Source: Patescibacteria group bacterium (lineage in GTDB: Bacteria; Patescibacteriota; Microgenomatia; Curtissbacterales; GWA2-41-24). From it: a stretch of DNA of 64,000 nucleotides. The position numbers were made by a program, and so were the translations under genes. The stretch is taken from NCBI GenBank assembly GCA_038063735.1, contig JBBTUN010000012.1, positions 1,595 to 65,594 of the forward strand, given 5' to 3'. Under the pieces are notes generated by a model, which searched no databases, was not told the DNA's origin, and saw only the letters and a list, made by a program, of their open reading frames with translations. Below, piece by piece: positions 1 to 9,991 of the stretch (position 1 is the stretch's first letter; every line of letters begins with the position of its first letter).

Positions 1-34
1 ATCCACAAGACCCCTGACAACATTCACGATACTT

Positions 35-1378
35 TTGACCTGCCTACTTGCCTTAATTTTTTTAAGCAGCTTTATCACCAAACCCAAAAAAGCCACGGAA
101 TCGCCGGAAACCCCCACCAAGGAAGTTGCAACATATAACATCGGCAGTGCCCCCATGCTGCAACTCCACGCCCAGGTACAAAAATCGGGTGTCATCCAGA
201 TAGTTGCCCAAGCCCCAGGGATTGTTAGCAAAATCAATGTCACCGAAGGAAAAACCGTCAGCCGCGACACAAATCTCATCTCCCTTGGCGCAAACTACCA
301 AGGGGCCAGCGCCGCCTCCGTTCAAAGACAGCTTGCAAGCGTGCAATACCAAAACACCAAAAACACGTTCGATATTCAAAAAGACCTAATTGCCAAACAA
401 AGGGACTTGGCAGGCAAGCAAGATGAGTCGGCAGACCAGATTCGCGATATAACCTCAAAATCCACCGACGATACTCGAAACCTCATTTCATTAAACGAAA
501 ATATTCTCTCGACAATTGATGCCAATTTAAAAACGCTTGAGGACAACAATGCCGGCGGGGCAAACGACGCCCTAATCTTGCAAACAAAGCAACTAAAAAG
601 CCAGCTGCTTGCCGGAAACAACCAGGCAAAAAGCAGTCTTAGGCAGGCAGAGTTCACTCAGGACACCAGCAAAACCCCGGCCCAAATTTCGGATCTTTCC
701 CGGGACATTGCCCAAAAACAATTAGACCTGCAGGAAAAATCTCTTAAACTCGCACTCGACACAGCAGGTCTTCAGTTAAAACTTGCCCAAATCAACGAGT
801 CCACAATGTTCCCGACAAGCCCTTTTGCCGGTACAATTCAAAGAGTTCACGTAAAAATTGGTCAAACTGTTTCTCCGGGCACACCACTCGTTACCCTTGC
901 CGGTGCAACAAATAACTTAACAGCAGTTGCTCTGGTTCCACAAAACATTGCCAAGGGAATCACAAAGCTTCAAAGCAGCTACCTCTTAATCGGTGATGAC
1001 AAAATAGAAGAAAGCCCAACTTATATTTCAAAAGAAGCAACAAACGGTCAGCTTTATAGCGTGATTTTCAATATACCGCCCGAATACGCCACCAAATTAA
1101 CAGATGCCAGCTTCATTGATATCCGGGTTCCCATAGGATACGACTATGCAAGCGCTGCTGTCCCTTTTGTCCCGCTCGACGCACTCCATCAAACACAAGA
1201 CGAAGCAATCGTTTTTACAATTGAAGACAACAAAGCCCTGGGCAAAAAAGTTGCCTTAGGAGAAGTTCAGGGAAACTACGTAGAGGTGAAATCAGGTCTT
1301 TCGGAGAATGATGTTGTCATTGTAGACAGAAATGTTGTTGCCGGTGACAAGGTTAAAGCTAAATCCCCACAAATATAA
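35..1378 (+). CDS. RND efflux periplasmic adaptor (membrane fusion protein, HlyD/AcrA-like)
   Basis: N-terminal TM/signal segment and long coiled-coil middle. C-terminal beta-barrel motif 'VHVKIGQTVSPGTPLVTLA'. Stop lies 4 nt before the RND permease start. Begins with TTG and the frame is open to the window edge, so the true start is uncertain. Confidence 0.6.
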   Translation: MTCLLALIFLSSFITKPKKATESPETPTKEVATYNIGSAPMLQLHAQVQKSGVIQIVAQAPGIVSKINVTEGKTVSRDTNLISLGANYQGASAASVQRQLASVQYQNTKNTFDIQKDLIAKQRDLAGKQDESADQIRDITSKSTDDTRNLISLNENILSTIDANLKTLEDNNAGGANDALILQTKQLKSQLLAGNNQAKSSLRQAEFTQDTSKTPAQISDLSRDIAQKQLDLQEKSLKLALDTAGLQLKLAQINESTMFPTSPFAGTIQRVHVKIGQTVSPGTPLVTLAGATNNLTAVALVPQNIAKGITKLQSSYLLIGDDKIEESPTYISKEATNGQLYSVIFNIPPEYATKLTDASFIDIRVPIGYDYASAAVPFVPLDALHQTQDEAIVFTIEDNKALGKKVALGEVQGNYVEVKSGLSENDVVIVDRNVVAGDKVKAKSPQI

Positions 1379-1382
1379 ATAT

Positions 1383-4300
1383 ATGGAAGAAAAACGTTCA
1401 TATTTGGATCAGCTGCAATTTGATCCAAAATTAGCCCAAAGCGTAGTTGCAAAATATCTTACAAATTTTAGGTATGTTCTTCTACTAATAATTGCCATAA
1501 CAGTTGCGGGTGTTTTCAGTTTTTTAAATTTGCCAAGAAGACTAAATCCCCAGGTAAACATTCCAATCGTCTCTGTTACTACCCCTCTTCTTGGTGCATC
1601 CCCCGAAGACGTTGAATCATTAATCACCATTCCAATAGAAGACAAAATCGCCGGCCTTGAAGGCGTCAACACCATTGCGTCTACATCTCTTGATAATTTT
1701 TCGGCAGTTTCTGTCCAGTTTCAAAGCGGCACAAGTCCGGATAAAGCCAAAGACAATGTGCAATCGGCAGTTGACACAATTACAAATCTTCCCAACCAAG
1801 CAAAAACTCCAAACGTTCAAAAACTGGATTTCGAAAACCAGCCTGTTTGGACATTTCTCATAACTTCAAATCAGGACGAAGCAAGTCTTATGCGCTTCGG
1901 CGAAAACCTAAAAGATAGACTGGAAAGGTTATCCTCGGTAAAGCAGGTAAACATCGCAGGTTCAGAAGAAGAAGAAATTCAAGTCTTCGTTAAACCTAGT
2001 GTGCAAAAAGATTACAATATAGATCCCCAAACCATATCCCGTGCTATTCAGGCAAGTATCCACGCCCAACCTGCCGGCAACCTAAATACCGAAAATTCGT
2101 CTTTTGCCCTAACTATCGATCCAACCACAAAATCGCTTGACGAGCTTCGCGATATCAATATAAATGTGGGCACACAAATCGTAAAGCTAAGTGATGTCGC
2201 AACAATTTCCGTTAGATCCAAACCAAATCAACCAAGGGCCTACTACGCAACAAATGACGCATTACCGCAAAAAGCGATCACATTTTCAGTCTTCAAAACC
2301 GATTCCGCAAATATTGACAAGACAGTAAACGCTGTTAAAGCTGAAACTGGCAAAGCTCTTGGCGAAAACCCGAACAAATTCAATTTACTCACCATTATTA
2401 ACCTTTCGGATGAAGTCGACAAACAATTTTCCGATTTGCTCAGTAGCTTTCGGGATACAATTCTTTTGGTCATAGTCGTCCTTTTCCTGTTTTTAGGTAT
2501 CCGCCAGGCACTGATCGTCGCCTTCTGTATACCTCTTTCATTTTTAGTTTCATTTACTGTCATGCAAACAGTAGGTTTAACACTAAACTTTTTGTCGCTG
2601 TTTTCGCTAATTTTGGCACTAGGCCTGTTAGTCGACGATGCAATAGTCGTTGTAACTGCAACAACTGCCTATTGGAGAAGTCGAAAATTTACACCCAATG
2701 AAACCGGTTTACTTGTGCTTCGGGATTTTATAGTCCCCATTTGGTCAACAACTATAACGGCTGTCTGGGCTTTTTTACCGCTACTTGTAGCATCCGGAAT
2801 AATTGGAGAATTCATTAAATCAATCTCTATTGTTGTCTCCGCAACTCTTCTGGCATCAACCGCAATCGCAATACTAATTACGCTGCCCATGATGATGGTT
2901 TTCCTAAAACCCGACTTCCCAAACAGAGTAAAGCTTATGTTCTGGTTTTTATTGTTTCTAGTGCTCCTCGGTGTAGTTGTCACCCTTAGCCTGAAAAGCC
3001 CTCTTTTACCAATAAATATTGTCACGGCAATAGTGCTTGCCATTGTCGGCTTTAAACTCCGGCACCAGTTGTTGCAGGAAACAAACAACTGGCTAAGTAA
3101 AATATTTGATTCAAGAGCCCTAACAACAAGGGTCGCAAAAATTATGGACTCCGGGGTGATCGATTCAACTAAATTTGCAACTCGCTACCAAAATTTAATA
3201 GATAAGGTTCTATCATCAAGATCCTTTAGAAACAAAACTTTAATAATAGTTGTCGTTTTTGCTATCTTTTCTTATCTACTCCTACCACTGGGTTTTGTAA
3301 CTAACGAGTTTTTTCCAAAAACCGATCAGGGCACACTCTATGTTTCTGTGGAACTCCCTGCCGGCACCAATTTAGACACAGCCGAAAAAGAGGCCAAAAC
3401 CTTGGTTGAGGACCTCAGGAAAACAGAAGGCGTCAAATATGCAACCGCAGAAACGGGCCGCTCAATCTCAACCGAAGATTTCTTTGGACCCCAAAGCGCC
3501 ACTAATAACATTCTTTTTACCTTAGTATTGCCCGACAAAAAAGAGCGAAAAGTGAAATCAATCGAAATTGCCCAAGTGCTTCGCGATAAATACGAAAACA
3601 ATTATTACAGGGGCAAACTTTCCGTAATTGAACAATCCAGCGGCCCTCCCGCGGGAGCAGACTTGCAAATCAAGTTTTTAGGCGACGACCCCAAAGCCCT
3701 GAACGCCCAGGCAGACAAAGTCGTTTCCTATCTACGAAGCCGTCAAGCCATAAATAACATCCAAAAATCAATCAAAAGCGGTGGTGGAAAAATTGTTTTT
3801 GTTCCCGACAGAGTTAAGATTGCTCAAACCGGTATTACCGAATCGGAACTTGGTTCTCAACTAAGAACATATGCAAGCGGGTTTACGCTGGACTCCAATG
3901 CAAAAATAAGCGGCAAGGAAAAAGATATTGTTTTCCGGACAAATTCAAGCTTCCAGCAACCGGAGTCCCTTGGATCATTAAATATAAAAACGCAAACAGG
4001 TGATTTTCCACTATCCGCGCTGGGAACTCTCGAATTTAAACCAACTGCAACCCGCATTACCAGAGAAGATCAAAAACGCACACTTTCGGTAACAGCGGGT
4101 GTCGTAAACAGCAAACAGATCGCAGCAGAAAATAAAAACCTTCAGGATTTTGCAACAAAACTAAGCCTGCCGACCGGCTACGAATGGAAAATCGGTGGGG
4201 TAAACGAAGAGAATCAAAAGAGTGTCAATTCAATCTTCCAGGCCATGACAATCGCATTTATCTTGATAGCAGCCACAATGGTCATCCAATTCGGTTCGTA

Positions 4301-4709
4301 CAGAAAAGCCTTTATTATTCTTTTACTAATACCGCTTGCCATATCCGGAGTATTTATTGTTTTTGCGCTAACGGCAACACCACTTTCATTCCCAACCCTG
4401 ATCGGAATTCTTGCGCTTTTCGGAATTGTAGTTTACCAGTCGATGTTAATTGTAGATAAAATAGGCAGGAACCAAAGAGCAGGAATGTACCTAAAACATG
4501 CAATCTCCGACGCGGCTGCGTCCCGGGTCGAACCCATCATGTTTGGAACAATAACAACGGTTGTCGGCCTAATTCCAATCACCCTTTCCGACCCGCTTTG
4601 GCGCGGACTTGGTGGGGCAATTATTGCCGGGCTTCTTTTTTCCGGTGCCATCATGCTTCTTTTTATCCCCGTTGTTTACTACAAATTCTACGAAAAAGAG
4701 GTTGCATAG
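1383..4709 (+). CDS. RND (AcrB/HAE1-type) efflux transporter permease
   Basis: About 1100 aa with 12 predicted TM segments. N-terminus matches the AcrB periplasmic porter pattern ('VTTPLLGASPEDVESLITIPIEDKIAGLEGVNTIASTS'); 'LGLLVDDAIVV' TM motif. ATG at 1383 immediately follows the adaptor gene. Confidence 0.8.
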   Translation: MEEKRSYLDQLQFDPKLAQSVVAKYLTNFRYVLLLIIAITVAGVFSFLNLPRRLNPQVNIPIVSVTTPLLGASPEDVESLITIPIEDKIAGLEGVNTIASTSLDNFSAVSVQFQSGTSPDKAKDNVQSAVDTITNLPNQAKTPNVQKLDFENQPVWTFLITSNQDEASLMRFGENLKDRLERLSSVKQVNIAGSEEEEIQVFVKPSVQKDYNIDPQTISRAIQASIHAQPAGNLNTENSSFALTIDPTTKSLDELRDININVGTQIVKLSDVATISVRSKPNQPRAYYATNDALPQKAITFSVFKTDSANIDKTVNAVKAETGKALGENPNKFNLLTIINLSDEVDKQFSDLLSSFRDTILLVIVVLFLFLGIRQALIVAFCIPLSFLVSFTVMQTVGLTLNFLSLFSLILALGLLVDDAIVVVTATTAYWRSRKFTPNETGLLVLRDFIVPIWSTTITAVWAFLPLLVASGIIGEFIKSISIVVSATLLASTAIAILITLPMMMVFLKPDFPNRVKLMFWFLLFLVLLGVVVTLSLKSPLLPINIVTAIVLAIVGFKLRHQLLQETNNWLSKIFDSRALTTRVAKIMDSGVIDSTKFATRYQNLIDKVLSSRSFRNKTLIIVVVFAIFSYLLLPLGFVTNEFFPKTDQGTLYVSVELPAGTNLDTAEKEAKTLVEDLRKTEGVKYATAETGRSISTEDFFGPQSATNNILFTLVLPDKKERKVKSIEIAQVLRDKYENNYYRGKLSVIEQSSGPPAGADLQIKFLGDDPKALNAQADKVVSYLRSRQAINNIQKSIKSGGGKIVFVPDRVKIAQTGITESELGSQLRTYASGFTLDSNAKISGKEKDIVFRTNSSFQQPESLGSLNIKTQTGDFPLSALGTLEFKPTATRITREDQKRTLSVTAGVVNSKQIAAENKNLQDFATKLSLPTGYEWKIGGVNEENQKSVNSIFQAMTIAFILIAATMVIQFGSYRKAFIILLLIPLAISGVFIVFALTATPLSFPTLIGILALFGIVVYQSMLIVDKIGRNQRAGMYLKHAISDAAASRVEPIMFGTITTVVGLIPITLSDPLWRGLGGAIIAGLLFSGAIMLLFIPVVYYKFYEKEVA

Positions 4710-4734
4710 TTTTCAAAGTGATATAATCATTCTG

Positions 4735-5103
4735 ATGAAAGCGTTTTCCATTCTGGCAAATTGGGTGCTTTCGGCGCTAACCATCTTTCTCATTTCCCAG
4801 TACATTCCCGGTTTCAAAATTGACTCATTGCAAACGGCATTTGTGGTAGCTTTAGTTCTAGGCATATTTAACGCGGTCATCAGGCCTGTGCTTCTTGTTC
4901 TCACCCTTCCCATAAATATTCTCACGCTTGGGCTTTTTACATTTGTTATCAATGCATTTTTAATTCTGGCAACAGACTATTTTGTGAAAGGCTTTACGGT
5001 CACAAGTTTCACCCCAGCCTTAATCGCAGCTATTGTGCTGTGGCTCATCAACATAATTGTAGGAAAAGCCTCATTTCCTATAAAAGCCGCTGCCAACAAC
5101 TAA
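4735..5103 (+). CDS. small integral membrane protein, YvlD/DUF360 (phage-holin-4-like) family
   Basis: Four hydrophobic helices. Internal ATG at 4735 (MKAFSILANW...) is the likely start rather than the ORF-track start at 4609. Confidence 0.4.
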   Translation: MKAFSILANWVLSALTIFLISQYIPGFKIDSLQTAFVVALVLGIFNAVIRPVLLVLTLPINILTLGLFTFVINAFLILATDYFVKGFTVTSFTPALIAAIVLWLINIIVGKASFPIKAAANN

Positions 5104-5196
5104 GCCGCCACAACACTTGATACCTTTAACCCCTTTCTTGCTTTCTTGCGAATGCGTGGTAAAATAAGTCACTGCTAAATCTCCTGTCCGCCGAGC

Positions 5197-5739
5197 ATGA
5201 ACAGTCTTAAAATAATTATTCCCGCAGTAATTTTATTTATTCTAGCAACGGCCGGTGTGTACACTATCTACCAAACACAAACGGCAAACAAAAAAACTGT
5301 AGACGCTACGCCACAAATAAGCCCGCAATCTAATTTCCCTACCTCAAGCGCCTCACCAAAATTACAACCATCGCCAACAAGTGCGTCTCAAACAAATGTC
5401 CAAGCCCAACCTGCAACCGGCACAGACGAACTTGAAATCAAAAATGAAGGAATTCAATTGCAAAGCCCCACACGGGGAGAGCTCGTTAATTCTCCTCTTA
5501 CTGTTTCGGGCATTGCCAATGTAACTTCTCAAATCGTAGTGATAACCGTAAAAGACACGGCCGGTAATACACTTGGACAAGGCACTGCACAAGCTTGCGT
5601 TGGTCTGGACGCTTGTTATTTTGAAACCACCATCGCTTTCTCAGGGCCAAGAACTTCAATCGGTTACTTAGAAGTTTACTCCCCGTCAACCATTGATAAT
5701 TCTCCTACCTTTTTACAAACTATCCCCGTAAGTTTTTAA
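5197..5739 (+). CDS. secreted hypothetical protein (signal peptide, low-complexity linker, beta-rich C-terminal domain)
   Basis: N-terminal signal-anchor 'IIIPAVILFILATAGV', followed by a Ser/Pro/Gln-rich linker. No recognisable catalytic motif. Confidence 0.35.
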   Translation: MNSLKIIIPAVILFILATAGVYTIYQTQTANKKTVDATPQISPQSNFPTSSASPKLQPSPTSASQTNVQAQPATGTDELEIKNEGIQLQSPTRGELVNSPLTVSGIANVTSQIVVITVKDTAGNTLGQGTAQACVGLDACYFETTIAFSGPRTSIGYLEVYSPSTIDNSPTFLQTIPVSF

Positions 5740-5781
5740 GCCACATCTGCCCAAACTGTTGTACAATTATTTAAACATCCT

Positions 5782-7260
5782 ATGCAAAAGCAAAGTGACG
5801 GGGACATTAAAAAAACACCCACAGTGTTTGTAATATTTGGTGCAACCGGAGACCTCGCCCGCAAAAAAATATTCCCCTCTTTTTTTGAGCTCTTTAAAAA
5901 TGGTTTACTGCCAGAAAAATTTAAAATTATCGCAGCCGCACGTTCTCCTTTTACCACGGATCAATTTTTGCAAATTCTTGCCCAAACTGTCGATGCCAAG
6001 AGTGACACTTGGGATAAATTTACAAAAATCATTGAATATTTCCAATGCGACGTAGAGCGGGACGTCAATCTCAACAAGCTGGAAGACGAACTAAAAAAAG
6101 TTGAAAAAGAGTTCGGACAGTGCGCTCAAAGAGTATTCTACATGGCTATATCCCCTTACATTTACGAGGCTGCTTTTGATCTTTTGGGCAAACATAACCT
6201 CCACTTGAGCTGTGCGGAGCATAACACAAAAACCAGAATTGTTGTCGAAAAACCCTTTGGGCACGACTACGAGTCGTCTCAAATTTTAAATAAAAAGCTT
6301 TCTACTTACTTTGAAGAAAACCAGATTTTTAGGATTGACCATGTACTTGGCAAGGAGACCGTCCAGAATATCTTCGCCTTTCGCTTTGCAAACGAAATAT
6401 TCGAGCCCATCTGGAATAACAAATACATAGATAACATTCAAATCACTTATGCCGAATATGTCGGAGTAGATAGACGCGGTGAATACTACGATAGAGCTGG
6501 GGCGCTAAGGGACATTATTCAAAATCACTTACTTCAACTTTTGTGTATTGCCACAATGGAAGAACCAGATAAATTTGAACAGCTGGCAATAAGGACAAAG
6601 AAGCTGGAAGTTTTAAAAAGCATTAAAAAAATCACTCCCCAGGAAGTAGCAAACACAACCATTCGTGGCCAATACGAAGGATACTTGAGCGAAGAAAAAG
6701 TAGACCCCAAATCCACAACCGAGACTTATGCCATGGTTAAACTGGAGATTGAAAACAAAAGATGGCAAGGTGTACCAATATACCTAAGAACCGGCAAAAG
6801 ACTAACGGGTAAAGTTACGTCCATAATCTTCAGTTTCAAAGAAAACATTCACGAGCTCTATAAAGGAACACAAAAAACGCCCCTGCCTAATCACATCACC
6901 ATCCAAATCCAGCCAAACGAAGGTATAGGCATCAGAATCATTGCCAAAAAACCGGGACTAACAACCGAACTGGAACATGTCGATATGGAATTTTGCTATA
7001 GGCGTTCTTTTGACACTCCACAACCGGATGCTTACGAGCGTCTTTTAATGGATATAATTTCCGGCGACCAAACACTATTTTTAGGGCCTGTTGGAGAAAG
7101 CTGGAAAATAATAGACCCAATCCGCGAAGTTTGGAATAGCGGTAAACCAAAGTTAACCACATATAAACCCGGTTCTTGGGGTCCAAAAGAAGCCGAGGAT
7201 TTAATCAAAAAAGACGGCCGCCAGTGGCTCGCCCCGCTTCTTACCATCTGCAAAATCTAG
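5782..7260 (+). CDS. zwf: glucose-6-phosphate 1-dehydrogenase
   Basis: NADP-binding 'VIFGATGDLARKK' and the G6PD active-site motif 'RIDHVLGKE'. Length 492 aa. Confidence 0.9.
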   Translation: MQKQSDGDIKKTPTVFVIFGATGDLARKKIFPSFFELFKNGLLPEKFKIIAAARSPFTTDQFLQILAQTVDAKSDTWDKFTKIIEYFQCDVERDVNLNKLEDELKKVEKEFGQCAQRVFYMAISPYIYEAAFDLLGKHNLHLSCAEHNTKTRIVVEKPFGHDYESSQILNKKLSTYFEENQIFRIDHVLGKETVQNIFAFRFANEIFEPIWNNKYIDNIQITYAEYVGVDRRGEYYDRAGALRDIIQNHLLQLLCIATMEEPDKFEQLAIRTKKLEVLKSIKKITPQEVANTTIRGQYEGYLSEEKVDPKSTTETYAMVKLEIENKRWQGVPIYLRTGKRLTGKVTSIIFSFKENIHELYKGTQKTPLPNHITIQIQPNEGIGIRIIAKKPGLTTELEHVDMEFCYRRSFDTPQPDAYERLLMDIISGDQTLFLGPVGESWKIIDPIREVWNSGKPKLTTYKPGSWGPKEAEDLIKKDGRQWLAPLLTICKI

Positions 7261-7272
7261 GGTATTTACAGT

Positions 7273-8154
7273 CTACGAGCACCCTGGTATAGGGAATTGT
7301 GTAATTATCTTAAAGTAGAATTGATTAATAAGTGTTGCATCTGCTGCACTTACTACATTATTACCGTTAACGTCTGCTGCTTTAAAAGCATCCGTGCCAC
7401 GAACCAGTGGCGGAGTTACACCAAAGACAGTTTGTTTGACCAGAGTTGCATCATTCGCGTTTACAATATTATTATTGTTAACATCTCCATACTTTTTCAA
7501 CACACCCGCAGAATTGATAAAAGTGACACAAGAGATTGGGGGAGGTGTCGGAATTGGTGTTGGAGTCGGAACTGGGGTTGGCAAGGAACAGCCAGTCGTC
7601 GTAAAAGTCCCTGTTTGGGAATACCACCAAATATTATTGCTCCAACTAGGGTCTTTTGTTCTTATCCTCCAATAGTAGCTTGTGTTTGCTGGTAAATTGA
7701 CAATCGTTTTTGAATCATTTCGACCAAATGGAGCCGTGTTATAACTTCCTATGCGTACAGAAGAATACGAATCACCGGGTGTAAAATTATTATTGTTTAC
7801 CGAATAATCCAGCCAAACTTCCTCATCCCGCATGTCAATATTTTTCCAGCTTACAGTGGCATCTACATTACCATTATTGCAAACCATGGAAGGCACTCCA
7901 TCATTTGAAAGTGCCGCTCCGCCAGTTTCCCCAAAGGAATCTTCATCGCTCGAGTCACTGCTTGTGCAACTAATCCGGCATCTACCGCTGACATAATGCG
8001 TGCTGATAGCCATATTGTTAAAAATTACTTCCTCGCCAGATCTAAAAGCATACTTATTAAATACCTTCTTAACACAAGCAGCCCCTAACCCTTGACAGTC
8101 CCCATAACCAGGACTATTGCTAGAACTAGAACTAGGATAAACATAAAAAGTCAT
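7273..8154 (-). CDS. FN3-like plus dockerin-type-I-repeat protein
   Basis: Pro/Thr linker 'PTPVPTPTPIPTPPP'. C-terminal duplicated Ca-binding dockerin-like repeats ('GDVNNNNIVNANDATLVKQ', 'ADVNGNNVVSAADATLINQFYF'). No signal peptide of its own. Start overlaps the stop of the upstream ORF by ATGA. Confidence 0.5.
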   Translation of the reverse strand: MTFYVYPSSSSSNSPGYGDCQGLGAACVKKVFNKYAFRSGEEVIFNNMAISTHYVSGRCRISCTSSDSSDEDSFGETGGAALSNDGVPSMVCNNGNVDATVSWKNIDMRDEEVWLDYSVNNNNFTPGDSYSSVRIGSYNTAPFGRNDSKTIVNLPANTSYYWRIRTKDPSWSNNIWWYSQTGTFTTTGCSLPTPVPTPTPIPTPPPISCVTFINSAGVLKKYGDVNNNNIVNANDATLVKQTVFGVTPPLVRGTDAFKAADVNGNNVVSAADATLINQFYFKIITQFPIPGCS

Positions 8155-8570
8155 ACAAACTTCAGGTCAAAAGTCGCAGAACCATCACCGCCTGCCGTAG
8201 TTGTTCCGGTGACCGTAAAAGCCTGGTAAGCAGTATCATGATAACTGACTGAATACCCAACAGGTTCATTTGCGACAAAGGTTAAAAAGCCCATCGAACA
8301 TGAAAAATTATTGCTCACAGTACAAGTACCTTTTCTCCCTGACACACCGGTCGCATCAACGTCAAACGTCCAGTCACTCGGGAAATATGCTTTCAATGTT
8401 GTTCTTGGGGCAAAATTCGAAGGTAGCAGTGCTGCCTGCGGGGTTTTGCTAGGGCTCTGGGATATCACAACATAAACAACTGCCGCAATAGAAGCAAATA
8501 CAAACGCTAAAATCAAAAAAGCAAAGATAGCCCCAGAACCGGATTTAAATTTAAAGGCAGCTTTTTTCAT
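8151..8570 (-). CDS. membrane-anchored hypothetical protein (possibly the N-terminal part of the downstream dockerin protein)
   Basis: Begins 'MKKAAFKFKSGSGAIFAFLILAFVFASIAAVVYVV' (signal anchor). Stop overlaps the next gene's ATG. The frames differ, so this is either translational coupling or a frameshift. Confidence 0.4.
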   Translation of the reverse strand: MKKAAFKFKSGSGAIFAFLILAFVFASIAAVVYVVISQSPSKTPQAALLPSNFAPRTTLKAYFPSDWTFDVDATGVSGRKGTCTVSNNFSCSMGFLTFVANEPVGYSVSYHDTAYQAFTVTGTTTAGGDGSATFDLKFV

Positions 8571-8584
8571 TAAATCGTCATTTC

Positions 8585-9565
8585 CTACAACGCCACAGCC
8601 GGGCAAGCAGGAAACATTGCAATAGTCTTAAAGTAGAATTGCAAAATCAAGTCTGAATCTGCTGTGGTTATGGTTCCATTACCATCAACATCTGCCGCTT
8701 TCTTGGCATCTCCCAAAAGCGCCGGGTCTATGCCGGCGACGCTTCTTTTAACAAGGGTCGCATCACCTGCAGTTATATATTTATTATTGTTAACATCTCC
8801 ATACTTTTGCACTTTACCGGCCGAATTTGTAAAAGTGCAGGCGGTTGATGACGGCGTGGGTTTTGGAATAAAACTATTAACGTCTGGTCGTTCACTTACA
8901 GAAATCGTTACAGGTTCCGAACATTTCTGCAGAAAGTAACTGGCAACAATGTTTAAATCCTCTATCGCAATAGCGCCATTTGCGTCCATATCGTAACGTT
9001 TGTTATACTTTGCATCCCCTGTTTTAGTATTGTAAGAATTCGCAACCTTGGTCATATCCAAAATAGTCACTGCGCGGTCTCCATCAACATCCACGGGCCA
9101 GGCATTAACTCCACAAACTTTATTAGGACTCGTACCTATGTATCCCTCAACTTTATCCGAAAAACCGTCACGGTCGGTGTCTGAGTTTACAATCAGATCA
9201 CACTTTTGCCCAAAAAACCCGGAAGCTATATCCGTGTCCAGTTTCGATATCAAATCGTCGCCATTAAGGTCATACGCTTTGTTATAGTTAGCATCTCCCG
9301 CCTTCGTTCCATTTGCATTTGCCATTAATGTAATGTCAAGTATGGTTACTGCCCCGTCATGGTCAAAGTCTACCTGAGAACAAGAAACAGCGGTTAATTT
9401 TGGGGTTAGCGCGAACGGAGTCTTACCGGGATTATTAGCAATGACTGCCCAAACCGCAATGCCGACAACAGCAATAATCAAAATTGCCAAAAGCAGAAAT
9501 GAATTTTTGGGTTTAGATCTAATTCTAGCGGAACGCGAAACTTTTCTATTGGCAGCTTTTTTCAC
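8585..9565 (-). CDS. signal-anchored protein with multiple dockerin-like Ca-binding repeats
   Basis: N-terminal TM. Repeats 'DFDHDGAVTILDITLMANANGTK...DLNGDDLISKLD' and 'DVDGDRAVTILDMTKVANS...DMDANGAIAIEDLNIV'. C-terminal module 'GDVNNNKYITAGDATLVKR...ADVDGNGTITTADSDLILQFYF' is paralogous to 7273..8154. Confidence 0.5.
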   Translation of the reverse strand: MKKAANRKVSRSARIRSKPKNSFLLLAILIIAVVGIAVWAVIANNPGKTPFALTPKLTAVSCSQVDFDHDGAVTILDITLMANANGTKAGDANYNKAYDLNGDDLISKLDTDIASGFFGQKCDLIVNSDTDRDGFSDKVEGYIGTSPNKVCGVNAWPVDVDGDRAVTILDMTKVANSYNTKTGDAKYNKRYDMDANGAIAIEDLNIVASYFLQKCSEPVTISVSERPDVNSFIPKPTPSSTACTFTNSAGKVQKYGDVNNNKYITAGDATLVKRSVAGIDPALLGDAKKAADVDGNGTITTADSDLILQFYFKTIAMFPACPAVAL

Positions 9566-9630
9566 AGGTACAACTCAAGTATCGATCCACAAATGCCGCA
9601 TTGTCAAGCCCTTAAGAGTCAACGTGGAGA

Positions 9631-9969
9631 TTATTTATTGCAAACAACTGGGTCAGCAGAAGAAACGGCAGCTAAGTCTTTGGAATTTATCCAACCGTCG
9701 CGATCCAGGTCGAATTTAGAGTTATTTTTGGCCCCCTCTACTTTTCCAAAACCGCCAATAGCTATATCAAGGTCTCGGCTATCAACACGGCTATCCACAT
9801 TAAAATCGCACTTATTAACTACAACAGGCACTTGCGCACTTACCTGTCTGCCTTCCCTGCCGGCTTGAGATAGTAAAACTACCCCTGCAGAAAGCGGAAT
9901 TACCATAAAGGCACAAAGGGCCAAAAGAAGCCACGTGCCTTTTTGATATTTGTTAAACGCGTGTTCCAC
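9631..9969 (-). CDS. small secreted dockerin-like-repeat protein
   Basis: Signal peptide followed by one 'DFNVDSRVDSRDLDIAIGG...DLDRDGWINSKDLAAV' module. Confidence 0.4.
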   Translation of the reverse strand: MEHAFNKYQKGTWLLLALCAFMVIPLSAGVVLLSQAGREGRQVSAQVPVVVNKCDFNVDSRVDSRDLDIAIGGFGKVEGAKNNSKFDLDRDGWINSKDLAAVSSADPVVCNK

Positions 9970-9991
9970 AAATTAATTGTAAACTATACAG

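Noticed and set aside
62-3088. Opposite-strand ORFs inside the RND adaptor/permease genes (for example 62-379, 1409-1675, 2243-2563, 2669-3088) and many similar antisense ORFs in the track
   Set aside because: They lie wholly inside long ORFs with clear family motifs and have low-complexity or odd composition. Treated as frame shadows.
8145-8160. Sequencing frameshift joining 8151-8570 and 7273-8154
   Set aside because: The T5 run lies after the upstream stop codon, so a simple homopolymer error there cannot merge the frames. An ATGA overlap fits translational coupling. Left as two genes with a caveat.
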